Positions 41,446 through 56,460 of a DNA stretch of 64,000 nt are shown piece by piece; the stretch's first letter is position 1, and each line of letters starts with the position of its first letter. The stretch spans positions 279,682,001-279,746,000 of the forward strand of contig OZ024743.1 of NCBI GenBank assembly GCA_964016885.1, written 5' to 3'. Below the pieces are notes generated by a model. That model searched no databases. It was not told where the DNA came from and worked only from the letters and a program-made list of their open reading frames with translations. The DNA is from Eledone cirrhosa. Lineage: Eukaryota. Made by a program: the position numbers and the translations under genes.

Positions 41446-41955
41446 TGATATTTACCAAAAAGAAGAACAAGTCAACATCATTGGATACCATCAGGGTTGC
41501 AGATATTATATCAGAGTTTTCCTTCTCCTAGAATTCTGCCTTGACAAAGGCTAAGGGGTCATCTCTCCCGGTGATTTTGGATGGCCATCGACTCTTAAGA
41601 GCTTCTTTGCCCTTTGACAGGTTTTGTTTTTAGTCCTGCAGGATGTCCAGAGTCACCCTCCTCACCAAGAAACCTTGGTTAAGAGAGTGGGACTGGCTTT
41701 GTGCACTGTCTTTGTTCACTATAAAAGCTTCACGGCACAGGCATTGCTTTATATCTGGAGATCTCTCTGCACTTGTCGTCACATGGTACCATGGGTCGAG
41801 CACTGTGTGTCAATAATTGTCACAAGTGTAGTGTTTGTACCAGAGTTTTCAAATCGCTGACTGGACTAAAAAGACACACGCGTTCAGCGCATCGGTAGTG
41901 GTACTCCTACATGGATATAAAGTAGTGGCCGTACTCGAAAAGGAGTTGGCAGCCA

Positions 41956-41957
<2 letters not shown>
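41446..41957 (+). repeat. Dispersed element ending at (TA)n; second copy at 43620-44062 with the 5' part inverted
   Basis: 41677-41957 matches 43781-44062 directly; 41446-41601 matches 43623-43778 in reverse complement. Confidence 0.88.
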
Positions 41958-42013
<56 letters not shown>

Positions 42014-42206
42014 GTGTGACGCTAAAGCTCGAAGGAAACCTATTAAAAATACAAAACTCATCGTATAATCCAAAGCATAATTTGTTGAAACGGCAAGAGC
42101 TCAGTCGTCGGGGTCTCGACTCTTTATAATATAATCATACTATACTACCCAAGGTATCGAGTACTCGGTTGAGTAATGGTCTAACCAGTAGCAAACTGAA
42201 TCCGTC

Positions 42207-42284
<78 letters not shown>

Positions 42285-44060
42285 TGTGTTTATGTTTAAC
42301 CAGTTATATATGGTGAGGTTATTTACTCGCTTTTGATAAATCAGGTACAGGGTTTAAAAAAATGTTGCATGTCTTTTTTTTTTTGGAGGGGGGGATTAGT
42401 TAACTTGGAAAATATTAGTTTTACTTTGGTGAATACATGCATATTCACATAAACACACACACAAATAGAGTGTCTCTCACACGCACATACGTACACACGC
42501 ACACACGCACACACAAATAGTTTAGACAACATCAAAGTACAGGCGTAGGAACCAGTTTCAGTATTTTCATGCTCGCCTGATAATTCTCTAACTTGTTTGT
42601 TTCGACCAATCCCAAACTATAACTTGTTTCTCATATATGGAGTTCCGTCCATTACAAGTAACTGGACTAGTGTCCGAATCTGAGGAAAAGTCGATATTTC
42701 ATGGCGCTACTTTCTACTTCAACAACGCAGAATTCTTGCTTTCTACCTCTCAGAAGACGTCGAAGCTCATTAAAGGGCAATGATGTCTACCCTGCCTTCA
42801 CTTACCAAACCATAACTGAAAATATCAAACGGGCTGAATGTCAGGCCCGATCAAGGAAACAAACGATAACATACTATATATTTTCAACCGTTCAACAGAC
42901 AGGCAGAGGTATACAGTCTTGATGAAGGGTAATGACCCAGAAATATGTACGTGTGCATACTTACATTATTATATATATTTTAACTATAAAGATGATTGTC
43001 TGAAAATGAAAACAACAGCTAAATATTTCCTTTGCGTAATTATATTGGTTTGTTTTCGGGGACTGACATAGAAAATGGTTATTTCAGGGACATATAAACT
43101 AGAGAATCGGAAAAAATGATTTAAATTAGAATAAATAATGTACAGTCTCTAATCCCAGTAAGTTTGTAGTTCAGAATATTGATGCATATACAGAACATCA
43201 TTAATGTCGTAGAAATGCAAGACGTCTTGCGTATATCGTATGTATATACAGCAAAAACTATGTAATAGAAAATATGCATCATAATAAAGAACTACAAGGG
43301 AAAGAGAATAAATAAGCAAGGCAGAGAAGCTGGAAAAAACGAGTGTAGTAAGCGCATAATAAAAACATTATAATCAGTGTCAAGTTTTGCTTATTCTCAA
43401 CAGGCTGAACACTAGATTGATCTACATCTATCTGTGGGTAAATACAAGTATATAAATGGCGGGGTTCTAATCACTTCTATTATGGTTGATATTCCACGGC
43501 TAGATTTAAACCATGAATGAAAATTACTGAGCCAAATACTACAAAGCATCCAGTTGGACATTCTAACGATTCTATTAGCTCATCAGCCTAAACTTCCACA
43601 TTATTTATCGAGGCAAAGGATCTCTTAAGAGTCAATGGCCATCCAAAATCACCGGGAGAGATGACCCCTTAGCCTTTGTCAAGGCAGAATTCTAGGAGAA
43701 GGAAAACTCTGATATAACACCTGCAACTCTGATGGTATCCAATGATGTTGACTTGTTCCTCTTTTTGGTAAATATCATCTGGGTTAAGAGAGTGGGACTG
43801 GCTTTGTGCAGTGCCTTTGCTCACTATAAAAGCTTCACGGCACAAGCATTGCTTTATATCTGGAGATCTCTCTGCACTTGTCGTCACATGGTACCATGGG
43901 CCCAGCACTATGTGTCAATAATTGTCACAAGTGTAGTGTTTGTACCAGAATTTTCAAGACGTTGGCTGGACTAAAAGGTCAGACTCGTTCAGCGCATCGG
44001 TAGTGGTACTCCTACATGGATATACAGTAGTGGCCGTACTCGAAAACGAGTTGGCAGCCA

Positions 44061-44131
<71 letters not shown>

Positions 44132-44133
<2 letters not shown>

Positions 44134-44673
44134 GTAGTAACATGTGCTTATGCCGTATTTTACTAAATATAATTATTCTGTTAGTTGGGATTTTAAAAAA
44201 ACCCTCTGAATAGCAAAAGAATGAATAATAACGTACATGAGACAGGAACCCACATTTCTGGTTTGCCGGACCAAAGATGTGGGTTCGTGTCCCGTGTACG
44301 TCAATATCTCATCATTTCTTCCATTCAGGGTTTTTTTTTAAAATCCCAACTAACAGACTAACTGTATAAGTACATATTACTACATAATTTTCAAATTCCC
44401 TAGCCATGTGTAAACTAAGCCTGCTTTGTGTCTCCCTATTCATATACATATATACCTTCTATGGTTATATAGCTTGTAATTGAATGACAGGGAGCATGTG
44501 TGGCGTGTTTGTGTAATGCTAACACATTGGTTCGGCAAACCAAAGATGTGATTTCGTGTCATATGTATTTGAATACGCGTTTTTTTTTTTTTTCATTCAG
44601 AACGAGTTTTGAAATCCCAACTTACAGAATAATTCTATTTAGTCAAATACGGCATAAACACATGTTACTACCT
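44132..44673. repeat. (TA)n-adjacent element with inverted and tandem-duplicated segments
   Basis: 44132-44194 is the reverse complement of about 44612-44673; 44270-44400 resembles 44540-44690. Confidence 0.75.
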
Positions 44674-44716
44674 AATTTTCAAATTTGCTAGAAGTTTGTA
44701 AACAAACCCTATTTTT

Positions 44717-44814
<98 letters not shown>

Positions 44815-44899
44815 GAAGTTCTATTTAAATTGTTGGGATACAACAAATAAATATTTTTATAACTGATATAAAGCACTCAACAAATTATTGGAGTAAAAA

Positions 44900-45222
44900 T
44901 ACGATATATTAATAAATGGAAACAATATTTATAAAACCATATTTATTTCATTATACATATTTCAAGGACACCAAGTTAAATTATGGTGTGCTTTCATCAG
45001 ATAAAATATAATATAGATCAGTTTTATAAATAAATATAAAGAATGCGACCATTTCTGTTGGAAGCTCCCGGATATTTATAAAACTGATCTATATTATTAT
45101 ATCTTATCTATATTATTATATCTGATGAAAGCACACCATAATTTAACCTGGTGTCCTTGAAATATGTATAATGAAATAAATATGGTTTTATAAATATTGT
45201 TTCCATTTGTAAATATATCGTA
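44900..45222. repeat. Fold-back of a hammerhead-bearing pLTR-like repeat
   Basis: 44900-45030 is the reverse complement of 45075-45222; right arm CTGATGA-AAGcACACCA-taatttaacc-TGGTGTcCTT-GAAA-TATG-TA then AATAAA. Confidence 0.82.
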
Positions 45223-45555
45223 TATATATATATATATATAAAATCCAAGTTATATAATTGTCATGGATATAAATGATAATTTCATATCCTTAACTTTCTT
45301 ATAATTTTGAATTTTAACTTAATCGTTCAGTTTATACTGACGAGAGACAGATGACAGTAATGTGCATTGAGCTTAACTCATTTTACCAAAGAAAATAGTG
45401 ATCACACATCTTTTAATTTCACACACACACGCACGCGTATGTATATATATGTGTGCGTGTGTGTGTGTATGGAAGAATGTATATGTATATGTATATGTAC
45501 AGAATGAGCGAATAATCTATATATGTGTATGCATATACGTATATCTATATGTGTT

Positions 45556-45592
<37 letters not shown>

Positions 45593-46809
45593 GCATTTCT
45601 GTAGGTATATGCATGCGCGCGCATACACATATATATGTAAATGTATTCGAAGGCACCTTTCTGTCTTCTGATTTTCCCTAGTATCTAAACTATAATAAAG
45701 GAAGGTCTGCGGGACTGCGTACGGTTTATTTTTCTTTATCCCGTTAGTAAAATAAGTTGGATTACTTTGAATAAATAATAAATGAATATTACATAATTTA
45801 TGAACTAAATTTCGTAAACAAAAATAATTTCTTAAATATAAATAATTTAAAATTGACTTCTTTTCAAAGTTGCACTTCCGGTATATCGTTGCCACCACCG
45901 CCTCCACTTCAACTACCATATATATAGAAAGAGAGAGTGTGTGATGTCAACACTTCCGGTGGCGATCACTTAAATAAACATACTAATTTTCTGTCACTAA
46001 TTTTCTCCTTATGCAGTTTATATATAATATCGTCTGTTTTTAATGTATCATGGATTACGTTACTGATTACATAAGACAGTGTAACGCAGTCTTCGTTCAA
46101 TTTCTGTTTATATTGTCAATTACGATTTCATTTGATGTATAATATCTACATATATATATACTTGCGTATAATATTAATATACACACTAGACTGGTGGTTT
46201 TCTGCTAGTTTATGTAATATCTATTTCCGAAGTGTTATAGAAATTTCATCTTATATTTTGTATATCTTCTTTCCTCTTTGCTATATCCTTATTTTTTCTA
46301 TATATATTTTCATAGCATATTCTATTTATATACTCATGTCTCAACAAATATATCAACATTATAAATAGATACATATGTGCATATATGTATATATACCTTT
46401 TTATATATCTTTCTCTCTACTCCTCTCTCTTTCTCTCTCTCTCTCTCACTCCATATATATATATATTTATATACATATTGATACATAGTATTAGTTGAAT
46501 TTTGGATGTACTAGTAATTTCTTAACCTCTGTTGGCAATGGTTCATACTCACTACTATAAGGAACTGCATGTACATTTTTAAGTCCGTAATCTTCAGAAA
46601 ACTGGCTAATTTCTAGGATTTGATACTTCAATTTAATATATATAACACCTGTTGCAAAGGACGTATGTTTACCTGTTTAGAGAAATTATTATTTCCCTTT
46701 TCAAGAAAGTCTGCATAGTATCAGTCGATTCAATTTTCCTATTGGGCTGATGGTATAGCGATCATGAACGCTATATATAGCGGAGGATATCTATATATAA
46801 ATATATAAC

Positions 46810-46990
46810 TGTTTCTACTTTAGGCACAAGGCCAGCAATTACCCAGTGCATTACTGGTACTTTATTTTATCGACCCCGTAAGGATGAAAGGCAAAGTCAA
46901 CCTCGGCGGGATTTGAACTCAGATCGTAAAGGGACGTAACTATGCTGGAAAGCATGGCGTCCGACCCTCTACCGATACTGCCAATCCACC
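46810..46990 (-). mobile_element. SINE copy, young
   Basis: Near-identical to 232-415. Confidence 0.93.
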
Positions 46991-47007
46991 ATATATATAT
47001 ATATATA

Positions 47008-47183
47008 TACGATATGTGTCTCCCTATAAGTACTACAGAAACGACAGTGGGGCACCAGCCCACATGTGTCACCAACTGTCTTGTTCTCGAGTTTATGGCT
47101 ATAGCCGGTTCATTGTTGAGGATAACACACGTGGGCTGGTGCCCCACTGTCGTTTCTGTAGTACTTATAGGGAGACACATATC

Positions 47184-47184
<1 letters not shown>
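47008..47184. repeat. Fold-back element between (TA)n tracts; non-folded copy at 48016-48134
   Basis: 47008-47068 is the reverse complement of 47124-47184; 47066-47184 nearly identical to 48016-48134. Confidence 0.9.
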
Positions 47185-47240
<56 letters not shown>

Positions 47241-47499
47241 TATAACGCGATGCGTATGAACTAGCGAGTACGGGTGGAATCGACAAAGCAAAAGGTTAGA
47301 GGGAGTATAATTTATGCACATACATACATAGATAGATACATACATACACAGTTTTAACTTCATGTGCGAATAGACAAGTGCAATGAAGACAAGTAATGCT
47401 AGGCTGTAGCCCAATTTGTGGGTTTGAGGTTGCAGCATTTCTTTACTTCCTTTTCGTTTTCTGTACCTCTATGAGCTCTGCTTCATATCCTTTGACTTC

Positions 47500-47990
47500 C
47501 ATAGGGATCTATCCCGATCTGCAGGTTCCCACGCATTAGGCTAGATTTAGCAACTTTTTTGACTTTCTTCAACAGTTCCTCTAGCTCTCCTTGCTCTCCC
47601 TTAAGAACGCTTCCCCTTTCAGAGTTCACAATAATAGAGCTTTTTTGAAAGTCAGTTTTCTATCATGCGCCACATATGACCGGCCAATCCCAGTTAAGAA
47701 TGTTTGTGGGTGGCGTGAATACTTTCCAATTTGAGCTTCTCTAACAATTCTGTATCTTGAATTCGTTTCCCAAACATTTTCCTCGCGTATTTAATGTAGA
47801 ATGGATTGAGGCTCTTGGCATGATGACTGTACATTCTCCAGGATCCAATGGCATAGAGAAGACAGGGAAGGACGAGAGCTTTGTAGATTTTAACTTTGTC
47901 ATCATAATTCTTCTTCATTGTGAATGCCAATCACGGAACATGCTCTGGAGATCCTATATTCTTCTTCATCATTATTAACTGTTTTAGAGA
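47500..47990 (-). mobile_element. Decayed RTE-BovB-like LINE 3' fragment
   Basis: KIYKALVLPCLLYAIGSWRMYSHH; LAGHMWRM...KKLYYCEL..GKR motifs. Confidence 0.78.
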
Positions 47991-48131
47991 AAGTGCTACA
48001 TAGGGAGACGAATTTGTCACCAACTGTCTTGTTCTCGAGTTTATGGCTATAGCCGGTTCATTGTTGAGGATAACACATGTGGGCTGGTGCCCCACTGTCG
48101 TTTCTGTAGTACTTATAGGGAGACACATATC

Positions 48132-48175
<44 letters not shown>

Positions 48176-48241
48176 CGAGGGAAAAGTGGTAAGGAACCAG
48201 GTGGACCATAACGCACCAAAGTACTCAATATAGAGTGGGTA

Positions 48242-48364
48242 ATAGGAGTAAGTAAAACCCCGACGGCTGAACTCAAGCCGTTTCGACGGCTAATTCTGTA
48301 CTGAATTCTGTACAGAATTAGCCGTCGAAACGGCTTGAGCTCAGCCGTCGGGGTCTTACTTACT

Positions 48365-48369
<5 letters not shown>
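48242..48369. repeat. Palindrome of a hammerhead 3' half
   Basis: GCCGTC-GAAA-CGGC-ttgagctca-GCCG-TC-GGGGTC mirrored around a short spacer; CUGANGA segment absent. Confidence 0.85.
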
Positions 48370-48413
<44 letters not shown>

Positions 48414-48572
48414 CAAAGAAAGTGTGGTAAGGAACAAGGTGGACCATAGCTGTCGGGGTCCAGACTTTTTTCCTGTATGTATATATATATTCTCTCTTCA
48501 CTATTTTTTGTTTTCATTCCCTCATGGCCTTTTGATGGATAAAAGGCCTTGGGCGCGCTGTTGATCGATTTC

Positions 48573-48625
48573 GATGTCCTGTTTTAAGCGTCGAAACATC
48601 TATGATCGCAGTAAACAGCTGATGA
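48573..48625 (+). ncRNA. Permuted hammerhead-like motif
   Basis: GATGT-C-CTGTTT-taagcgtc-GAA-ACATC-12nt-AAACAG-CTGATGA; upstream hairpin GGCCTTTT-gatggat-AAAAGGCC as in the 22561-23498 element. Confidence 0.62.
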
Positions 48626-49073
48626 AGGGTTTCTTCTCTGGTTTACGTCCATATTACTATCTTACACTTTGTTTACAGTAACCACACAGCCCGCTTTTGA
48701 AATTATATATATGTATATATATATGTGTGTGTATGTGTGCGTGTGTGTGTGTGCGCGCGTGCGTGTGTGTGCTTTTACAGATTTTATCACTGCCACCTTA
48801 TTGTAACAATTGCGTGAAATACTAATATCGCGAGACTAGTAAACAAAACTGACAAGTTAATAATATAGTGGAAAGATTACAGTGAAGCGGAAGTATATGT
48901 GGGTCAATTTAGTTGTACCCGGAAGTCATTGTATGAAACGAAATCAAAAGAAATTTCAATAGAAGTACGCCAGTGGAAGCATGGATATGTGTCATAATAT
49001 ATATAGATAAAAGTAATTATACATTTGTACATTAAGATGTATATAAGTACTTATTTATATCGTATATAGAGTG

Positions 49074-49145
<72 letters not shown>

Positions 49146-49148
49146 ACG

Positions 49149-49234
<86 letters not shown>

Positions 49235-49610
49235 AATATATATATGTGTGTGTTTGTGTGTATGTGGATGTATGTGTTGGTTTAATAATACAAAAATAGC
49301 GACGATGAACACTAAGTCAATTTATTGTCAAAATGTGTTTCTAAAAATATAAACACAGTACAAGATAAAAAGAAATAAAACCTTCGCTCAGGCTTCATGA
49401 TAGAATTAATACACATTTTATGTATTATAATTTGAAAGCTGACTAATGTATAATGCTTTATAAATTCGTCAGGGATTATAGAAAACCTCAAGGAAGTGAT
49501 GTCCGGACATGGGTTATCAAAAGAATAGCATATATGATCAATAACACATCGTGATTATAATTATACTTTCTATAAATATACATATATTTATACACAAATA
49601 TGTATGTGCG

Positions 49611-49676
<66 letters not shown>

Positions 49677-49949
49677 TGTGTGCGTACGTATATATGTATA
49701 TATGTATATATATATATATAAATGTATATATATTTTGAAATATTTACTTCTACGTTCACAGATTGACTTTTTATTTTCAGAAGATCCCGTTAAGGGTGAA
49801 AGCAGTGATTCTTTGCTTAAACTTTAATCTGCTATTTTAATAAATGTATATATATATATAATAAGAACAAAGTGGAGATGTTACAAAGGAGAATTATTGC
49901 GCAATCCTGATTACAAATATTTCTGAAGTATCTGACTCGTGATCTGGGA

Positions 49950-50060
49950 TGGCACCCCCAGACCAGACTCCCAGTCTGCCTGATCCTCACAACAGTTAAC
50001 ACAACAAAAATCACATCAAATCTGTGGACGAACCAGCAAAAACACAAACAGTCATATCGA
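49950..50060 (-). repeat. Dispersed repeat shared with 36430-36525 (+)
   Basis: CGTCCACAGATTTGATGTGATTT...TGAGGATCAGGCAGACT.GGAGTCTGG in both. Confidence 0.8.
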
Positions 50061-50321
50061 AAGACCAAACACGGGCCTAGAATACAACGAGTATTAAAAT
50101 AAAAAAAACGTTATAAACAAAAGAAAAATCAAAATTGACGGATATAAATAAAAAAAATAAAGAAATATATCCACGTATGTACGATCACACACATACACAC
50201 GCGCGTGCATAATATGCCTACGCACACACTCTCTCTCACATGTAGAAATTGTAGATGTACATACATATACATGCACACATCCTCTCACACACTCGCACAT
50301 GCATATACATACATGGACATA

Positions 50322-50465
50322 CTTGGAGAGGAAGACCGAAGTTAATATATCTTGATGCCTTAAGGACAGACACTGGTCTCTTGGAGACGCAGGACATGGC
50401 AGCGATAATGAGGGACAGAGACCGCTGGGGAGAACTCGTTCATGCATCTCGGGAATTTTACCCGC
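50322..50465 (+). mobile_element. Very short LINE 3' end (RTE-group type C-terminus)
   Basis: RGRPKLIYLDALRTDTGL...MRDRDRW. Confidence 0.65.
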
Positions 50466-50472
50466 CCTATAC

Positions 50473-50503
<31 letters not shown>

Positions 50504-52028
50504 GTAATAATAATAAATTTGAAGACTAAAATCCAAAGAGGGCTCGATAAGGATAAATATATATCAAATATATAAGAACCGTAGAGCAAATATTTATTAA
50601 AATAACAGATTAAAGTTTAAGTAAATAATCGCTGCTTTCACCCTTAACGGGATCTTTTGAAACTAAAAAAACTCAATCTGTGAACGCAGAAGTAAATATT
50701 TCGAAAAACGTTGCAACCAAAGGAAAACAGGAAGACGATACTTTGGTTCGTGAAGACGCTCCCTGGCAATGAATGGAAAAAAGGGAAGATAATACGTCGT
50801 TATGTGGAGCGGTGAGAATATTTACACGCAAAAACAAAACCACGTTTTTGGTATAAATGGAGTCGTAGACTAATATTCTATTTAGGAACCCGAATGATTC
50901 CCGACTTCAGAGTTAAGGATAATGTAAATAAATTAATAGAGCGAAAATGACAGAGGTTATTAAAATCATAAAAGTAATAATAATAAATATATACATACAC
51001 GCATCTATATACTTACATACACGTGCATAACGAAAACACCCGCCATGCATGCATATAGATGCACGTCCACATAAACACACACACACATACATAAACCCGC
51101 GCGTATATAAATATACACACGTAAATACGTATATAACGCACGCACACACATACCTACAGGCAAATACACATATGTTCACCAAACTACGTCAACCAAAACA
51201 CTATGTACACATATACACACCTTGCATACATGCAAACACGCATACATACAAACACGCAAACGCATATACACATAACCATATACACATATACCAGTATATA
51301 TAATATGATATATACACCTATAACAAATGCAAGCATATATACGTACGAGAAAGTATACGTACCTTCACAAAGCATACGGGTATATGTACCTTCACAAAGC
51401 ATACGGGTAAACTTACCTATACAAATAAGCAATGGTATAAACACAAAATACAACAACACCCAATATAGGTTACACTGGGAGATCCTAGCTTAAGCTAGAT
51501 CGTATAACGGAAATACTCCATGCCAATGATCACATCTTAAACAAAAAATCTGAGTCAATTTCGGCTTGTAAACACAAATTGCATAAAACTTTCCTGTATT
51601 ACAGCCCCACATTATACCCTAACGGATGGTACGAACAATACGCGGATAATTTACGTCTTGATGTGGTAGCTAAGTATATTTTATTTATACCATTACTTAT
51701 TTGTATAGGTAAGTTTACCTCACCCGTATGTTTTGTGAAGGTACGTATACTTTACGGTCCACGTAACGACGTATTATCTTCGCTTTTTTCCGTTCATTGC
51801 CAGGTAACGTCATCACGAACCAAAGTATCGTCTTCCTGTTTTCCTTCGGTTGCAACGTTTTTCCAAATATTTACTTCTGCGTTCACAGATTGATTTTTTT
51901 AGTTTCAGAAGATCCCGTTAAGGGTGAAAGCAGCGATTCTTAGCTTAAACTTTAATCTGTTATTTTAATATATATATATATATATATATAGATATATATA
52001 TATATATATATAGATATATATATAAAAA

Positions 52029-52127
<99 letters not shown>

Positions 52128-52199
52128 TACATACTTACAAATGCATCCATATACCTATTTACACAACACAAATATACACTCACAAAAAATGCAAGAAAA

Positions 52200-52700
52200 A
52201 AGGTGTTGGTGCTCTGGGACGTGTAATGGGGCTATCGTGGCATGACAGGGTTGGGAGCTCCCTAAGCCCCTCCCGGTGCACCCATCGGCGAGATGGCCGC
52301 CGAACAGATGGATCCTTCGATACTTACAATTACTTAGAATCTCGAAACTAGAGTTGATCGCCCCCCCACCCCCACTCCACGTAGCTTGAGGATCGCCACA
52401 CTCTCACAGATACAGAGTCGACAAACCTCGTTGCTCAGCCCCGCGGGGCCGCAACATGGAGAATATTCCACCGCAATTTGACGTTCCGGTTCTCATCCTT
52501 GAGCCTCCAAACGTAACCTGCTAGACTAGTGTTGCACCTCTTGCTTCCGTGTCTAAAGGAGCACATGTAGTTGCGGGAGCGGGATATGAACTCGGTACTT
52601 GTGGAACCCACATACAAACATTCCTCTCTTTCGGTGGTGACGTACAGATGTAGACTACTCTACAGCGGCCGTTGAGGGGGAATTCATGGGCAGTTAATCA
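52200..52700 (-). mobile_element. PLE GIY-YIG endonuclease fragment
   Basis: YVGSTSTEFISR...SF...TSLAGYVWRLK...WNIL then CRLC.CE; decayed. Confidence 0.82.
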
Positions 52701-54260
52701 GAGATCAACCAAGGGCGCCGTAGGGTGCGTTGTTCGATGCTAAATAAGGAATATTGCATTGAGTGGTTCTGATCATTTATGATTGATGGAACGGGGGCCA
52801 TACCTCTCCAGGGGAGTTCTGACCCGTCGACAAACCTCCCAGTACGGTCAATAAGGACGTACTCCCGTAGCTGGTGGCACCAATTCTTTGAGAAAATAAC
52901 ACCTCACTTGGGAACTGGGCATATCAATTGACCGAAATAACGGAGGTTAATTATGGTCCACAATTATGCGTTTCTGTTTTTTCTGTTTACTAGCTGCCTA
53001 GTGAAGTCATAGCTGTTGAATAATGGTTATCACGGAAATATATATTGCAGAGAATATGAATAAAAGAAGTTAATTTTAACCTGTTGACTTACAATTCTTG
53101 TTTTTATATCATGTGTGTGTGTGTGTGGGGGGGGGGGGGGTTATGTGCGTGTGTCGAAGCGTTATTTCTGTTCTGTTTCTCCGCTTCAAATATTATTACG
53201 TTTACCTAATACGTGAAGTTGCGCAGCTGTTTTGCCCTTAATTGGACCACTAGAAAGCGGAAATATTTAATAACCTATTGTAGAATAATTACCATTTAGT
53301 TATATATCAAATTTCAGTTTTTACGTGTTGTTTACTGGTGCCGAATCTTATAAATCACTAATTTAGTAGGGCACCTTCATTGATTTTAGATTTGCATATG
53401 TTTCTATTAGGGTTAGCTATTAATATGCAGGATATATACCATCTATTTCCCTCCAACAATCTCAAGTTGAATTCGATAATTTCAAGTTTCAAGAAAAAAA
53501 AGGTACTAATTTCATACCCTAGACTATATATATATTCCTGTGAGAGAACATGTAGGCCTAAACTCACCCGCACAACCCGAAACCAATCTTAGTATAAATT
53601 TAGCTCATATCTTAGTACACATTTTTGAACAAGGCATTTTGTACTGTCTTCATTCGCGATTAAGAATTCGTCCAAAATCAGCGTCTGCAGTATGTCAAGC
53701 AGATGAAGCCATAGCGTAGGTATTATGTCGTTAATTTATGGGTATATTGTAATATTTGTTTGATTATATAACGACCAATAAGAGTATAGTCGAATTACTT
53801 ATAAATATTTGTATATCTATATTGTCGGATAAACAACTATGTACATGTTGTTATACAATCAAATATTCTGGACATATGGAAGTATTTCATTTTCAATTCA
53901 TAATTATGAAATGCATTTCAGATTTATTCAAATATCACAAAAGAAAAATAAACTGTTGAAAATTTTATTTCTTTGATGCCTAATCTATTTGAAGAAGCAT
54001 TTTGAGTATATATTAATACTATATGTGAAAGAAAGAAATTCGCAATATTGAATAACATATCACACAGTCTATTGTGTCGAGAAGATTTTAGTTAATGTCA
54101 CAATTGCACGCAGCGATTTTTCACAATTTTATTTTTATAAATTGTATACTACTTACATTTTATCTTTTGATATTATTATTTATTTAATAATAGTTGAAAT
54201 TACTTCATGGATCATATATGTATATGCTGGTGGCATGTGAGTATGTGTGTGTGTAAATGA

Positions 54261-54291
<31 letters not shown>

Positions 54292-54354
54292 CCTAACTCG
54301 TCCCATGGACTAAGTGCTCTACCACTACGGATATTACCTTCCAGTGTTCTACCG

Positions 54355-54431
<77 letters not shown>

Positions 54432-54435
<4 letters not shown>

Positions 54436-56075
54436 CAAGTATTGCACCAAGAAACATAAACTTTGGCGTGAAGGAGATTTGGAATTTATTTCCTTTAACA
54501 TTTGTCCGTGTCTATTATAATCGTGTACATATGTATTATTCCATCATATGCAATACATAATTATTTATCACACTTCATCAGAAAACCTATAATAGTTATA
54601 ATGACAATAAATTTAGAATGAAATATAATCAGTTAGTGTGATAGTAGAGGGGAAGGTGAGTGGTGGTAAAGAGTTTCACCTTATCAAACTGTGTGCTGTG
54701 ATGTGGGAGAAATATTCTTTGACCATTGGTATGAGTGAAGGTTTTGTCGTTTACCATATATGGTCGAGAGGGTAGAGAAGGTATAAAGAGAAGGGCAGAA
54801 ATGGAGAGGGTAGAAATTAAGATTAGGGTAGTAGGATAGGGAGGAAGGGAATTAAGAAAATGAGATTCTTTTGAATATTACTGAATTATTTGGGTAGGTG
54901 TGAAAAGTTCAAATGTCACAGGAAATGTACTAACTAGGATGTAGTAAAACCTAATTATTAGGGATCGAATCTTGTTCTAGTTCAGTTTCGTATTTAGCGA
55001 AGGTTTTTAGAACCTTCTGTTTGCAATTAAATATCATATCATGCCGAGAATTTAGAAGGTCTTTTGCGTTCGCTATTTTCAATTTCCTCCGCCAAACATA
55101 ATTCACAGAGGCATCTTTCATTCTAGTTTGGACGGGTGAACTTCAGCACGGGACATTGTAGTGTGTATTCAATATTAGCACGCTTTAGATCCAAAATGTT
55201 TTTGGCCTGGGTCGTAGATCTATTTAAACTGGGGGTTGATAAACGTGGGTGTGCACATACCATCGTTTCTTGAAAATATTCGAAGTGGCAAACACATTTT
55301 GTATACTCCCAGTTTAAATTTTACCACACAATGGTAAATGATGTTTTTGTACAAACATTTACCCGATAACGGACAATTGCTGGGATTTCTGCACTTGCAA
55401 TTTGTCCGTGTTGAGAGTGTGGCTTCTTCTCCGGTTCCTGTGTTGGGTGTGTTATTCCGGGTATTTTGTTGTTGCTCCGGATATACGCCTGAAGTGGAAG
55501 ATACATTGATATTTGCGGGTGCTGTTCTGCTCAGTGATGCTGCTGATGGTTCTGAGTATGTCTAGGTTTCCGTTGGTATTGCCATTCCCGCGAACGCGCT
55601 TCTTATTCAATTTCATGATGAAATTGCCCAGGTTAGCTGTGGTGGAATAGGATAGTCGGATCGTGCCTCTATTTAGTATTTCATGGAATTTGTGTGTGAA
55701 AGAAAAGCGTTCGTCTATAAGCTTGAAGAAGATATAGGATAGCTTAGTAGTTACTAGATCATTGTGCGGAGGTTTATACCATAGGTATGACTTTGTGCTA
55801 GACATCCTTGGTATTTTCTTATTTGCAGTATTATTATTTGCCCCGCCACTGTGGGGCTTTGAGCCGTTAGTATATACATTTGCAAATTTTGTACAGTATG
55901 CTTGTGATGTTTTCCCGTTGAGGTGGTTGGATTTTTCCCCTCATGTTGTATCTGGAAGAAATTCTATTGATTCATCATAACCGGCCCTAAGTAGAGCAGC
56001 GTTGTAGGAGTTCGCAGGTATATTGAAAGAGGATTCAGAGGCTGACAATGTAAATATCCTAAGGGTTACATCTTA
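54432..56075 (-). mobile_element. Decayed Naiad-type PLE (RT thumb, linker, GIY-YIG, 3' region)
   Basis: YNAALLRAGY, WYKPPHN...HKFHEILNRGTIRLSYS, NCKCRNPSNCPLSGKC..KNIIY; ends at (TA)n. Confidence 0.85.
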
Positions 56076-56180
56076 TCAATGGAGCTAGTGATAGTCCTAA
56101 ACTCTGGTAAGCAGATTTTTGTTTAAGCCTTCATTCCTGATATACAAAAATAAAACCTTATCTAGCTTCACACACAAAGG

Positions 56181-56224
<44 letters not shown>

Positions 56225-56238
56225 CACGCACACACACA

Positions 56239-56270
<32 letters not shown>

Positions 56271-56460
56271 ATGGTGGGCACCTTTTTTTCTCACTCTGTA
56301 TGTGTATATATATCAACCAGATTAAGAACATTGGATGCAAATATCCTGATTCACTTCCTCCTAGATAGTACAATAATGTCCGTCTATTACAACACTCCTA
56401 AGGTTTCTGTAAAAAGAAATATATTCATAAATCTTAGCAACACTGCTATTAACATTATAA

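Noticed and set aside
52640-52710. TGA codons near the PLE Cys motif as possible selenocysteine
   Set aside because: Region is frameshifted and decayed; no reliable reading frame and no SECIS identified.
54520-54590. Hammerhead in the 3' region of the 54432-56075 PLE
   Set aside because: CTGATGA is present on the minus strand but there is no GAAA or matching stem I.
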